Source of the DNA: Chitinophagaceae bacterium
GTDB taxonomy: Bacteria > Bacteroidota > Bacteroidia > Chitinophagales > Chitinophagaceae
Length of the DNA: 64,000 nt
Direction: 5' to 3'
Assembly (NCBI GenBank): GCA_043782405.1
Contig: JAYWAN010000086.1
Span: 4,985-68,984 of the forward strand
Shown here: one piece after another, positions 38,378-48,682 of the stretch
Position numbering within the stretch: the first letter of the stretch is position 1
Layout: each line of letters opens with the position of its first letter
Program-made: the position numbers and the translations under genes
Notes under the pieces: generated by a model
The model's database searches: none
What the model was told of the DNA's origin: nothing
Seen by the model: only the letters and a program-made list of their open reading frames with translations

Positions 38378-39082
38378 TCAGGATACCAGGTCCCGCTTGG
38401 CAGGATTAGCATTGAACATCAGTTCCTGCACTTTCTCTTTGTCGTCTTTTTCTTTTTTTAGGTCGAACATTGTACCAAAAATATGGTCCCATAAAGTGGA
38501 ACTAACGCCAAAGCCCAGCTCTGTATTTTTATAATGATGCAAATGATGGTTGCGCCACAATGGTTTCATCCATTTGAAAGGTGGATTCCATGCATGGATA
38601 GCATAGTGCATTGAACCATAAATCAGGTAACCCAGGATGAATCCGGGAAAAAATGCAAATACATAACTGCTGGCGCCAAATAATCCTGCTGTCAGGTACA
38701 ACAACATAAAAATAGTGGAGGAAAGAATTAAACTCGGTACCGGTGGCATAAATAGTCTCTCTTTGTCCCTTGGATACTCATGGTGATTACCATGTATCAC
38801 ATAAACTATCTTTTTCGCTCTTTCACTTTCTGCAAAGAAGTGAAACGCAAAACGATGGATCATATATTCAAACAAAGACCAAAAAAACATACCGGCTAAA
38901 AAAGTGATCCCAATATTCAAAAAATCAAATTGAAACCTGCTATTGCTGTAATAAAGCATAAAGCCGATGATGGGCAGGTACAAACCCCATATCACCAGCG
39001 GATGAGTTTTGGTAAGGTATTCCAGGTACTGGTTCTTAAATAACTGCGCCTGGCCCTTATTATGTATCTTTTCGAACTTCAT
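38378..39082 (-). CDS. Fatty acid hydroxylase / sterol desaturase family (FA2H/Scs7-like)
   Basis: His boxes HRFAFH, HGNHH, HYAIH, HHLHH; GFGVSS.LWD; TAAATTTG promoter at 39100-39107 (- strand). Confidence 0.88.
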   Translation of the reverse strand: MKFEKIHNKGQAQLFKNQYLEYLTKTHPLVIWGLYLPIIGFMLYYSNSRFQFDFLNIGITFLAGMFFWSLFEYMIHRFAFHFFAESERAKKIVYVIHGNHHEYPRDKERLFMPPVPSLILSSTIFMLLYLTAGLFGASSYVFAFFPGFILGYLIYGSMHYAIHAWNPPFKWMKPLWRNHHLHHYKNTELGFGVSSTLWDHIFGTMFDLKKEKDDKEKVQELMFNANPAKRDLVS

Positions 39083-39190
39083 GATTCAGTATTGTTAAGC
39101 AAATTTAATAATTCAAATGAAAATGCAGCATTCCAACGGTAAAATTTCGGCAATATTTAATTAGCTATTTTTGGGTGCAAATTACAACTT

Positions 39191-40207
39191 ATGAAATTAG
39201 TTACCTATTTAAAAGATGGTCACGACCAGTTGGCTATGCTGGTAGACGGCAATTTATACGATACTGATGCCCTTCACCCCGACCTGCCCATCAGTATGTC
39301 GATGTTCCTGAACTACTGGGATGATGTAATGCCGATGGCCAGGGCGGTTGAACACCGGATAAAAGAAGGCGGGGTAAGGGCTACCATGGCAATTCCTGCC
39401 GATAGTGTTGATTTTTTGGCTCCCGTGCCTCACCCTACCAGCTGCCGCGATGGTTATGCCTTTCGCCAGCATGTGGCTGCAGCAAGGCGTAACCGTAAAG
39501 TTGACATGATCCCCGAGTTTGATCAATACCCCATATTTTATTTCACCAATCATAACAGTATACAAGGCCCGGGCGACATCATTTGCATGCCTGATCATTT
39601 TGAGAAGCTGGATTTTGAGTTGGAAGCAGCGATCGTTATCTGTAAACCCGGAAGGAATATTCCCGCTGCCGAGGCTGATGAATATATTGGTGGCCTGATG
39701 ATCATGAATGATATGAGTGCAAGAAAACTGCAGATGGAAGAAATGCTGCTGAACCTTGGCCCGGCCAAAGGAAAAGATTTTTCAACTGTAATTGGCCCAA
39801 TGCTGGTTACACTTGATGAACTGGAAGAGTATGAAGTGCCTTGCAAAGAAAATCATACCGGTAAAGCATGGAATTTAGCCATGAAGTGTTGGGTAAACGG
39901 CGTGCAGGTAAGCCAGGGAAATATTAGTGATATGGACTGGACCTTTGCAGAGATCATTGAGCGCTGTAGTTATGGTGTAAACCTGATGCCTGGCGATGTT
40001 ATTGGCAGCGGTACAGTTGGTACCGGTTGCTTTTTGGAATTGAACGGCACCGGAAAATTGAATGATCCAAATTATACCGAGCAATGGTTAAAGGAAGGCG
40101 ATGTTGTGGAAATGGAAATAGATGCGTTGGGTAAATTGAGTAATACGATTGTAAGTGATGAAAGTGATTTTTCTATCTTAGCTTTGAAAAAGAATTTATC
40201 TGCTTAA
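39191..40207 (+). CDS. Fumarylacetoacetate hydrolase family protein
   Basis: RDGYAFRQH, LDFELE, NDMSAR, AKGKDF, PGDVIGSGT; TATTTTTG promoter at 39166-39173. Confidence 0.9.
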   Translation: MKLVTYLKDGHDQLAMLVDGNLYDTDALHPDLPISMSMFLNYWDDVMPMARAVEHRIKEGGVRATMAIPADSVDFLAPVPHPTSCRDGYAFRQHVAAARRNRKVDMIPEFDQYPIFYFTNHNSIQGPGDIICMPDHFEKLDFELEAAIVICKPGRNIPAAEADEYIGGLMIMNDMSARKLQMEEMLLNLGPAKGKDFSTVIGPMLVTLDELEEYEVPCKENHTGKAWNLAMKCWVNGVQVSQGNISDMDWTFAEIIERCSYGVNLMPGDVIGSGTVGTGCFLELNGTGKLNDPNYTEQWLKEGDVVEMEIDALGKLSNTIVSDESDFSILALKKNLSA

Positions 40208-40671
40208 CCGCAAAGGCGCAAGGGCGCTATGTACCGCTATGAAGAAAGAGCAGTTTGAATATTTTGCCAATCAAATATTTATTGGTAGCCTGGAGGTACA
40301 CAAACATCTTGGGCCGGGGTTGCTTGAATCAGTATATGAATATGCTTTAATAAAAGAGTTTGAAATAAGAAATATTTTTTTTCAAAGACAGGTAAAAGTT
40401 CCATTGTTTTATAAAGGGCTGGTAACCGGTAAAGAATTTTTCATCGATATCCTGGTTGAAAATGAAATTATTCTTGAATTAAAAGCAATAGAAGGAATAT
40501 TACCAGTGCAAGAGGCACAACTGATCTCATATCTTAAACTTGCAGACAAACGAATGGGATTTTTAATAAATTTTAATGTGCCGTTACTAAAGAGTGGATT
40601 TAAAAGGTTCGTAAATAACTACTAGATGTCTCAACATTGCGGCCTTTGCGTCTTTCTGCCTTAGCGGTGAA
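40204..40671. mobile_element. Putative REP-flanked GxxExxY insertion element
   Basis: Inverted degenerate CGCAAAGG arrays (40204-40241 and 40635-40671) flank a nuclease-like gene. Confidence 0.5.
40239..40625 (+). CDS. GxxExxY protein (PD-(D/E)XK nuclease-like)
   Basis: VHKHLGPGLLESVYE, FIDILVE, LELKA, QLISYLK, GFLINFN. Confidence 0.92.
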   Translation: MKKEQFEYFANQIFIGSLEVHKHLGPGLLESVYEYALIKEFEIRNIFFQRQVKVPLFYKGLVTGKEFFIDILVENEIILELKAIEGILPVQEAQLISYLKLADKRMGFLINFNVPLLKSGFKRFVNNY

Positions 40672-40680
40672 AATAAAAAC

Positions 40681-41562
40681 ATGCTAATAAACCTCAAAGA
40701 TCTCAAACCGGCTGATGTTCAAAACTACCTGCAACATGCTATTGCGCCCCGGCCCATTTGCTTTGCATCAACGATTGATAAAAGCGGCAATGTAAACCTT
40801 AGCCCTTTCAGTTTTTTTAATTTGTTTTCTTCCAATCCTCCTGTTATTGTTTTTTCCCCTGCCCGAAGAGTAAGGGATAACACCACCAAACATACTTTAC
40901 AAAATATTTTGGAAGTGCCCGAAGTGGTGATCAATATTGTCGATTACGATATGGTGCAACAGGTAAGCCTCAGCAGCTGCGAATTTCCAAAAGAAGTGAA
41001 TGAATTTACCAAAGCAGGCTTTACTGAGCAAAGACCATCAATGGTAAAGCCACCAATGGTGATGGAAAGTAAAATAAAATTGGAATGTAAGGTTATAGAG
41101 GTAAAACCATTGGGTACACAAGGAGGTGCAGGCAATTTAATTATCTGTGAAATATTGTGCATGCATATTGATGAAAGCATCCTTAATGAGCACAATATGA
41201 TTGATCAAACCAAACTGCACCATGTGGCCAGGCTGGGTGGCGACTGGTATTGTAAAGTAGATGAATCAAATTTATTCAAAGTGGCAAAACCAAATACACA
41301 GTTAGGCATTGGTGTTGATGCCCTGCCCGACAGCATCCGTAACAGCCCGGTGCTCACCGGTAATAACCTAGGTGAATTGGCTAATGTAAATGAAATGCCA
41401 GCGGTTGACCCAACATTCGATGATGACAAGCTTAGGAATATCATTCAATACTATTCCATTAATCCCAATGAAATGGATATTGAACTGCACCGTTATGCAA
41501 AGGAATTACTTGATGCAGGAAAAGTGAATGAAGCCTGGCAGATATTGCTCGCGGATTATTAA
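40681..41562 (+). CDS. Flavin reductase family protein (DIM6/NTAB)
   Basis: IAPRPICFAST, NLSPFSFFN, KHTLQN, ARLGGDWY. Confidence 0.9.
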   Translation: MLINLKDLKPADVQNYLQHAIAPRPICFASTIDKSGNVNLSPFSFFNLFSSNPPVIVFSPARRVRDNTTKHTLQNILEVPEVVINIVDYDMVQQVSLSSCEFPKEVNEFTKAGFTEQRPSMVKPPMVMESKIKLECKVIEVKPLGTQGGAGNLIICEILCMHIDESILNEHNMIDQTKLHHVARLGGDWYCKVDESNLFKVAKPNTQLGIGVDALPDSIRNSPVLTGNNLGELANVNEMPAVDPTFDDDKLRNIIQYYSINPNEMDIELHRYAKELLDAGKVNEAWQILLADY

Positions 41563-42258
41563 TTACCACTTCTGTCCAAATACTTTCTTCAGCAGGTCTG
41601 TTGTTCTTGCAACAATATTTTGCCTGATATTTAATTCTTCTTTCGCCACAAGGTCAAATAACGCATCTGTTGCTTTACCGGTAACAAAACCAGGAAGATC
41701 AGGGTTTATTTTTTTAAACGTGGTAGGAAAATTATTGTACCTCGTAACTACATCACCGTAATATTTAGTGGCTTCCACTTTATCCAATGATGTTTTGATA
41801 ACCGGCATAAATGCGGCGATCAGTTTATCAGTTGTTTTCACCCGGAAGAAATGTGTAGCACTGGTATCGCCGTTTCTTACCAAACCAATAGCATCACTCA
41901 GGGTCATGCTTTTTATGGCATCCACAAAAATGGGTTTAGCATAACCGGCAGCATCTTCGGCACCACGATTAATTTGTAATATGGCTTTATCCACCATTTT
42001 GCCCAATCCCAGGTCACGCAGTGTGTTTTCGATCTTCTTTGCATCTGGTGGCATCAGTATTTTATAAAAGGCGTCTTTAAAGAATCCATCTTCTTTGTTT
42101 AATTGCAGTACGGCTTTCACCAATCCCTGCCCAAGGGCTTCTTTAATACCTTCACCGGCCTCACCTTCTGTAAGGCCGCCAACCTGGGGTAAAGATTTTA
42201 ATACATCACATCCGCAGAAAAGCGAAAGAAGCATCAGGGCAAATAAAAAATTTTTCAT
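41563..42258 (-). CDS. DUF4197 domain lipoprotein
   Basis: Lipobox-like CGC; GIKEAL, INRGAEDAA, EELNIRQN..ARTTDLLKKVFG. Confidence 0.88.
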   Translation of the reverse strand: MKNFLFALMLLSLFCGCDVLKSLPQVGGLTEGEAGEGIKEALGQGLVKAVLQLNKEDGFFKDAFYKILMPPDAKKIENTLRDLGLGKMVDKAILQINRGAEDAAGYAKPIFVDAIKSMTLSDAIGLVRNGDTSATHFFRVKTTDKLIAAFMPVIKTSLDKVEATKYYGDVVTRYNNFPTTFKKINPDLPGFVTGKATDALFDLVAKEELNIRQNIVARTTDLLKKVFGQKW

Positions 42259-42286
42259 TGTAAGAATTTTATTGGAATAAATATAG

Positions 42287-42301
42287 GCAAGTTTCCTGCC
42301 A
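42287..42301 (-). promoter_or_regulatory. Sigma-54 (-24/-12) promoter for the DUF4197 gene
   Basis: Minus strand TGGCAGGAAACTTGC, GG-N10-GC, about 29 nt upstream of the ATG. Confidence 0.6.
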
Positions 42302-42345
42302 AACTAAACTTCTGGCCAGGAAATCTAAAAATGGGATGCATAAAG

Positions 42346-42353
42346 TATCTTTG
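42346..42353 (+). promoter_or_regulatory. Housekeeping -7 element for lysS
   Basis: TATCTTTG = TAnnTTTG. Confidence 0.6.
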
Positions 42354-42371
42354 CAGTAATTTTAACAACAC

Positions 42372-43898
42372 ATGAGCATAGCACATTTATCCGAACAGGA
42401 GATCATCAGGAGAGAAAAATTGACCGAACTGAATAAACTGGGTATTGATGTATACCCGGCGGCGCTTTACCCGGTGAATACCAATTCGGTTTTCATAAAA
42501 GAAAATTATACCGGTGACGAGAATAAAGACCAGTTTGCTGATGTATGTATTGCAGGGCGTATCATGAGCGTACGTGATATGGGCAAGGCGAACTTTGCCG
42601 TGTTGCAGGACAGTGTTGGAAAGATTCAATTCTACATTAAGCAGGATGATATTTGTGCGGGCGAAGACAAAACAATGTACCAGACAGTTTGGAAAAAATT
42701 ATTGGACATCGGTGATATAATCGGCATCAAAGGTTTTGTATTCACCACCAAAACCGGCGAAACGTCTATCCATGTGCGTGAGTTTACCATTCTGGCCAAG
42801 TCATTACACCCTTTACCCATTGTCAAAGAAAAAGACGGCGAAGCATTTGATGAAGTGACCGATCCGGAATTCCGTTACCGCCAGCGCTATGCCGACCTCA
42901 TCGTAAACCCTGCTGTAAAAGAAGTATTCATCAAGCGTACAAAAATGGTGAATGCCATCCGCGAATTTTTAAATGAACGGGGCGCATTGGAAGTAGATAC
43001 ACCCGTTTTGCAGTCTATTCCCGGCGGTGCAGCAGCAAGGCCTTTCACTACGCACCACAATGCCCTCGATATACCCATGTACCTGCGCATAGCCAATGAA
43101 CTTTATTTAAAAAGGCTGATCGTGGGTGGTTTTGAATGGGTATATGAATTCAGCCGTAACTTCCGCAATGAAGGAATGGACAGGACACATAATCCCGAGT
43201 TTACCGTATTGGAATTCTATGTTGCCTATAAAGATTACGAGTGGATGATGGAAACCACCGAACAGTTATTGGAAAAAGCCGCCATTGCAACCAATGGGGT
43301 TTCCAAAGTTATTGCAGGTGATAAGGAAATTGATTTTAAAGCGCCCTACAAAAGGATAACCATGTATGATGCGATAAAAGAACATACAGGCTTTGACATA
43401 TCAGTAATGGATGAAGCGGGGATAAGGGATGTGTGTAAGCAATTAAAAATTCATGCGGATGAAAAATGGGGCAAAGGGAAACTGATCGATGAGATCTTTG
43501 GCAGCAAGTGCGAGAACAATTATATACAACCAACCTTCATCACCGATTACCCGGTGGAAATGAGTCCGCTCACCAAGAAGCACCGCAGCAAACCCGGATT
43601 GGTTGAACGTTTTGAGCTGATGTGTAATGGAAAAGAAATTGCCAATGCATATAGTGAGTTAAATGATCCTATAGAACAAAGGGAACGTTTTGAAGAACAG
43701 GTAAAACTGATGGAGCGTGGTGATGATGAAGCCATGTTCATTGACCATGATTTTTTACGTGCGCTGGAATATGGTATGCCTCCCACCAGTGGTATTGGAT
43801 TCGGTATTGACAGGATCGCCATGCTGCTTACCAATCAGCATTCCATACAAGATGTGCTTTTCTTCCCGATGATGAGGCCGGAGAACAGGCCCGAATGA
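42372..43898 (+). CDS. lysS: Lysine--tRNA ligase (class II)
   Basis: [54 protein letters not shown]. Confidence 0.98.
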   Translation: MSIAHLSEQEIIRREKLTELNKLGIDVYPAALYPVNTNSVFIKENYTGDENKDQFADVCIAGRIMSVRDMGKANFAVLQDSVGKIQFYIKQDDICAGEDKTMYQTVWKKLLDIGDIIGIKGFVFTTKTGETSIHVREFTILAKSLHPLPIVKEKDGEAFDEVTDPEFRYRQRYADLIVNPAVKEVFIKRTKMVNAIREFLNERGALEVDTPVLQSIPGGAAARPFTTHHNALDIPMYLRIANELYLKRLIVGGFEWVYEFSRNFRNEGMDRTHNPEFTVLEFYVAYKDYEWMMETTEQLLEKAAIATNGVSKVIAGDKEIDFKAPYKRITMYDAIKEHTGFDISVMDEAGIRDVCKQLKIHADEKWGKGKLIDEIFGSKCENNYIQPTFITDYPVEMSPLTKKHRSKPGLVERFELMCNGKEIANAYSELNDPIEQRERFEEQVKLMERGDDEAMFIDHDFLRALEYGMPPTSGIGFGIDRIAMLLTNQHSIQDVLFFPMMRPENRPE

Positions 43899-43928
43899 TA
43901 AAACTTATGCTTACAATAGAAAAATGAG

Positions 43929-44065
43929 GTAGTGGTACTGTTTGAAAATTAATTTAGAAAGAAGCATGTCAGCCTGAGCTTGTCGAAGGCGGATTAATAG
44001 AAAGACCATTATCCTAAATCGGTTTCGACAAGCTCAACCTGACAATTTTTAAACTATACCACTAC
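43929..44065. repeat. Nested MITE/REP-like element
   Basis: Outer 22-bp inverted repeats (19/22); inner 21-bp inverted repeat TGTCAGCCTGAGCTTGTCGAA / TTCGACAAGCTCAACCTGACA (19/21). Confidence 0.8.
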
Positions 44066-44070
44066 TAAAA

Positions 44071-44646
44071 ATGAAAAGAATTTTTTTATCGCTTCTTTTA
44101 TCTGCGGGTGTTGCAGGCCTATATGCACAGGAAAAGGTTAGCTGCCTGATTAAAACAGCGCTGGGCGATATCGCTATCGAATTATACCCGGCACAAGCAC
44201 CTGTTACCGTGGCAAATTTTTTAAAGTATGTTGACGCACATTTATATGACAGCAGTTCTTTCTTTCGTGCTGTTACTTTAAATAATCAGCCCAACAATGC
44301 AATAAAAATTGAAGTGGTACAGGGTGGTGATATAGATTCAACAAAAGGGTTTGCGCCCATCCCGATGGAAACAACACAGCAAACTCGTTTATTACACAAA
44401 GACGGAACAATATCGATGGCAAGAGGTAAGCCTGCTTCGGCAACCAGCAGTTTTTTTATTTGTATCAACGATCAGCCTTCATTGGACTATGGCGGTAAAA
44501 GAAATCCCGACGGACAGGGTTTTGCCGCTTTCGGAAAAGTAACCCGGGGAATGGGGCTGGTAAAAAAAATTCAACAACTCTATCCCGAGCAGGGCCAGTA
44601 TTTTAAACCACCTGTAAAAATCATTTCCATCACACGAACGCATTGA
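44071..44646 (+). CDS. Cyclophilin-type peptidyl-prolyl isomerase
   Basis: Signal peptide; APVTVANFLKYV, VVQGG, GTISMAR, ATSSFFI, FAAFGKV. Confidence 0.92.
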   Translation: MKRIFLSLLLSAGVAGLYAQEKVSCLIKTALGDIAIELYPAQAPVTVANFLKYVDAHLYDSSSFFRAVTLNNQPNNAIKIEVVQGGDIDSTKGFAPIPMETTQQTRLLHKDGTISMARGKPASATSSFFICINDQPSLDYGGKRNPDGQGFAAFGKVTRGMGLVKKIQQLYPEQGQYFKPPVKIISITRTH

Positions 44647-44791
44647 AACACGCAATAGGATAATAAAAAAATAAGTGTAAACCGGCAGGCACTTATTAAG
44701 CTGTCTTCACATCTTACCAACAACAATAAATAACTGTTGCATAATTCAGGTTTAAACATTAATTTTTCATCCTAAATCAAAACCAACAAAC

Positions 44792-45148
44792 ATGAAATCA
44801 ATTATTCCTACAAGAGTTGCCGAAATGTTTTTTGCTTTGGCAATGGGTACTTTTGGGGTCTTACATTTTATGCACGCAGATATGATGGGTGGCGCGGTTC
44901 CCGATTATATGCCTGCTGATGGAAAGATCTGGATCTATGTTACCGGGGGCGGTCTCGTCCTTGCTGCAATAGCTATATTGATCAATAAGTTTAAAAGGCT
45001 GGCGTGTTATTTATTGGCCCTGATGTTACTTATTTTTGTTTTTACATTACACCTTAAGCCTGCAATGGACGGCAATATGGGTGCGCTGTTAAAAGATACC
45101 GCACTGGCTATGGCTGCTATCATAATAGGAAATAATTCTTCTGAATAA
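44792..45148 (+). CDS. DoxX-like membrane protein
   Basis: FGVLHF..VPDYMP..WIYVTG..LLKDTALA; four TM helices. Confidence 0.78.
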   Translation: MKSIIPTRVAEMFFALAMGTFGVLHFMHADMMGGAVPDYMPADGKIWIYVTGGGLVLAAIAILINKFKRLACYLLALMLLIFVFTLHLKPAMDGNMGALLKDTALAMAAIIIGNNSSE

Positions 45149-45184
45149 AAATAAGCCCCCGATAAAATATCAGGGGCTTATTTT
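45147..45184. terminator. Bidirectional intrinsic terminator
   Basis: AAAATAAGCCCC..GGGGCTTATTTT between convergent genes. Confidence 0.85.
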
Positions 45185-45192
45185 AGGGTCAT

Positions 45193-47685
45193 CTATTTCT
45201 TTCTCCTGTTCTTTATTGTCAGGTAATCCAGGAAATAGATCACTCTTAAAGACAGGCTGTTAAACTGCGGGCCATTCACTGTTTTATCCAGGTTACGGAT
45301 ATAGTTCTTTTCAAAATCGCGGTTAAAACTCTCCGCTATATCCTTCCATACAATACTGAAAAAACTCCCCTGGGCAAATTGCCAGTTGTATATCATATCC
45401 ACGCTCATGTAATTATAATTTTGTTTTGCATCCTGTGTAAATGGATAGGTAAGGGTTTGAGTTTTTCCATAGGTATCCAGTTCATAAAATTGTAACGGGT
45501 TCACTTTGCTCCAGTAATGCCTTGCCCTTAAAGTAATTCCCATCCGGTTTGTAAAATTATATTTTATGTTCACCACGTTTTCCACGTTTTTCACATCACG
45601 CCTGGAGAAATAGATGATCTCATTACTTGCAACAGTTGAATCGCCCGCCCAGCCAGCCTGGTTTTTTTGATTAGAAACATTTACCGAATACTGTACTGAG
45701 AATTTACTGTTAAATCGTGCTTTACCCGAAAGGCTGTATTCGAGGCTTGTACGCTTAAACACACCGCCTGTTCCGGTAAACACGCTACCGCTCCAGGACA
45801 ATTTTTTAGCGGAATTGCTTTCCCACCACGCATTGATACCAACTCTGCCCTTGTTTTGAAACACCCTGCCATATACCCTAGGTTCATAAAAATCATTGTA
45901 CGAGGGGCCGCCATTGATATTAATACCCACCCTCCAGAGTTTTTTCGTTTGTGCGTTAGCGTTAAAATTAATCCCTGCGTTCTGGTACATCATGGATTTC
46001 CGGCGCAGGTCATCTATCGGTGAAACCAGCCTGCTGTACCATACATTACCATTGATGCGTAACTGGTTGTACCACCCGTGAGGTTTGGTCCAGCTATATC
46101 CTGCCCAGATACCCTGGTCCATAGTATTGTTGTTGGTAAAATAGCCAAGATCGCTTTTATCATATTTGGCATTATAAAGGTCCTGCCAGATATTAAAATT
46201 AAAATGCCCGCTGGTTTTACCAAAGTAGATGCTGTGGGCATAACCCGTAGTGTTCTTTCCGTTCTTACCCATTAAATTACTGAAGCTCACGTTTCCACCA
46301 ACATTCCAGGTATTCTTTTTATCATTCAGGTCAAACAATAAGGAACTTACATCAGCATCATAATCATTTCCACTGCGCCACACATTTGTATTAACGAAAG
46401 ATATGCTGCTGTTATGTTTCATTGTTTGATCCAGTACAAATACATTGTAGTTGGTCAGCGGATCCGTTTCATATTTACGTTGTTGCTTCGCCTTGTCTTC
46501 AATATAGGCGTACTGCGGTTTGGTTATGGCATTAAGTACACCGATGCCCAACCCACTTTGTGTGCGCCCGCTTATTTTGGTGGCATTTAACAATGTGCTT
46601 TGAGCGGGATTTTTAGCAACAACTTCTGTTCCTGATAACTGGTTATAGGCATCGTAATAATGTATAGGCTGCCCACCTATACGCCTGCTGTAAAACAGGT
46701 TTCCTTTATTGAACAGGTCGGTACCCTCTGTAAAAAAGGCCCTGTTTTCACTGAATTTTTGTTCAAAGGGCGTAAGGTTGAGCACACGGTTATCGGATTG
46801 TACCTGGCCAAAATCGGGTATCAAAGTCATATCTAACGTAAACGCCTGGTTGATGCCGTATTTTACATCCATACCGCCATTGAATGTATTTTTATTTTTA
46901 CTATCGCCGTTCGTTATTGTACCATCATGATTTACATAAGACGAAAAATATGGAGAGAATTGTAAGCGCAATGGTGGCTTTATATCTTCCAGGCCTTTGA
47001 AAGACCCTTCTTGTGTAAGAAAGCCATTGGCATTGGGATCGATCGCCTGCCAGAACAATTGTTCACCGCTTTTTTGCCTCCGCCTTACAATATTCAAACC
47101 CCAGTCCTGCACTTTCTTTTTGCCAAAGCGGATGGCAGAATAAGGAATGAACATTTCAAAACTCCAACCATCACTCTGTATTTTTGCAGCACTTTGCCAT
47201 ACGGCATTCCAGCTAAAATCTTCATTGTTGCCATTTGTATTGGGAGCAACCTTGGCATCCATCTGTTCACCGAGGGGTGTAACAAAATATTCAAACCCAT
47301 TTAACTTATCATCATAGGTATCGAATATCACTCCTAAAAAATCATTGTTACCAAAACCATCACGGCCGGTCAATTCAGCAGCAATACTGTCTTTGCTTTT
47401 TTCATGTAAATACCCGCCAACATAGATACCTTCATCATTATACAGGAAATGAACCTCTGTGGCGTTATCATCACTTTCCGCTTTAAAAGGCGTTGGCCGC
47501 AAAGCGATAAACTTGTTTGCTTCGGGGGCGTCCTTCCAAAGGGCTTCGTCCAATACACCATCGATCTTGAGTGAAGTGTTGATCTTTTTTGCGGCTAATT
47601 GTCTTTTGGGAGATTGGCTAAACGCCGTGACGGCGAGGAGCAGGCATATGCATACGCATACCCCTTGGGTTTTGAAAGAATTCAT
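45193..47685 (-). CDS. CBM9-like + DUF5916 outer-membrane protein
   Basis: Signal peptide; IDGVLDEALW, GWSFEMFIPYSAIRF, PDFGQVQSD, ENRAFFTEG, LFYSRRIG. Confidence 0.85.
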   Translation of the reverse strand: MNSFKTQGVCVCICLLLAVTAFSQSPKRQLAAKKINTSLKIDGVLDEALWKDAPEANKFIALRPTPFKAESDDNATEVHFLYNDEGIYVGGYLHEKSKDSIAAELTGRDGFGNNDFLGVIFDTYDDKLNGFEYFVTPLGEQMDAKVAPNTNGNNEDFSWNAVWQSAAKIQSDGWSFEMFIPYSAIRFGKKKVQDWGLNIVRRRQKSGEQLFWQAIDPNANGFLTQEGSFKGLEDIKPPLRLQFSPYFSSYVNHDGTITNGDSKNKNTFNGGMDVKYGINQAFTLDMTLIPDFGQVQSDNRVLNLTPFEQKFSENRAFFTEGTDLFNKGNLFYSRRIGGQPIHYYDAYNQLSGTEVVAKNPAQSTLLNATKISGRTQSGLGIGVLNAITKPQYAYIEDKAKQQRKYETDPLTNYNVFVLDQTMKHNSSISFVNTNVWRSGNDYDADVSSLLFDLNDKKNTWNVGGNVSFSNLMGKNGKNTTGYAHSIYFGKTSGHFNFNIWQDLYNAKYDKSDLGYFTNNNTMDQGIWAGYSWTKPHGWYNQLRINGNVWYSRLVSPIDDLRRKSMMYQNAGINFNANAQTKKLWRVGININGGPSYNDFYEPRVYGRVFQNKGRVGINAWWESNSAKKLSWSGSVFTGTGGVFKRTSLEYSLSGKARFNSKFSVQYSVNVSNQKNQAGWAGDSTVASNEIIYFSRRDVKNVENVVNIKYNFTNRMGITLRARHYWSKVNPLQFYELDTYGKTQTLTYPFTQDAKQNYNYMSVDMIYNWQFAQGSFFSIVWKDIAESFNRDFEKNYIRNLDKTVNGPQFNSLSLRVIYFLDYLTIKNRRKK

Positions 47686-47820
47686 GGCTATACTTTTTTG
47701 GTTGAGTTAAATCATCATTCATGGCGTAATGATGACCATACGAAATTAAACGTACATGACTCAATAAATGTTACCACTCATCAAACAAAAATGCTTTTAG
47801 GTTTTTTTTAACAGCCGGGG

Positions 47821-48639
47821 TTAAACGAACAGGTCGTTATACAATTTAGCACCGGGAACCACCGAATATTTATCCAGATCGGTTATGCCTTCGGCAGCAA
47901 GTACGTCTTCATCAATAAACGTGTTACCGGTACAGTTAGTTGACGCCCTGGAAAGGATATAATATGCGGCGTCGGCAATGATAGCTGGTGTGCGACTCAT
48001 TTTCATCAGCATTTCGCCGCCTAATAAATTTTGTACAGCGGCTGTAGCGATAGTGGTACGGGGCCAAAGTGTATTGGCAGCAATATTGTATTTTTTCAAT
48101 TCTGCCGATAAGCCCAGTGCGATCATGCTCATATCGTATTTACTGATGGTATAGGCAAGGTGATTGGCAAACCATTTCAGGTCCATATTAATCGGCGGGG
48201 AAAGGTTAAGTATATGCGCATTGGTCCCTTTTTTCAAATAAGGGATGCAGGCCCTGCTCACCATGAATGTTCCCCTTACATTGATATCATACATGAGGTC
48301 GAAACGCTTTGGCTCTGTTTGTTCTGTAGGGCTAAGGTTAATGGCAGACGCGTTATTAATCAGGATATCTATCCCACCGAATGTTTCAACCGCTTTATCA
48401 ACCACCTGCTGCACCTGGTCTTCAAAACGGATATCACATTGTACGGCCAATGCTTTGCCGCCCACCTGTTCCATTTCCGCTGCTGCAGAAAAAATGGTAC
48501 CGCCCAGTTTCGGATTTTCTTCCACACTTTTGGAAGCGATAACAATATTAGCGCCTTCCGCTGCCAATTTTAACCCTATTGCTTTTCCGATGCCGCGGCT
48601 GGCGCCTGTGATGATCACCGTTCTGTTTTTAAATGACAT
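47821..48639 (-). CDS. SDR family NAD(P)-dependent oxidoreductase (HSDL2-like)
   Basis: TGASRGIG, NNASA, YTISK, LWPRTTIAT. Confidence 0.9.
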   Translation of the reverse strand: MSFKNRTVIITGASRGIGKAIGLKLAAEGANIVIASKSVEENPKLGGTIFSAAAEMEQVGGKALAVQCDIRFEDQVQQVVDKAVETFGGIDILINNASAINLSPTEQTEPKRFDLMYDINVRGTFMVSRACIPYLKKGTNAHILNLSPPINMDLKWFANHLAYTISKYDMSMIALGLSAELKKYNIAANTLWPRTTIATAAVQNLLGGEMLMKMSRTPAIIADAAYYILSRASTNCTGNTFIDEDVLAAEGITDLDKYSVVPGAKLYNDLFV

Positions 48640-48682
48640 ATGGTTTGTTTTTTCAAATCTAGTACAAAACAGCCATGCAAAA

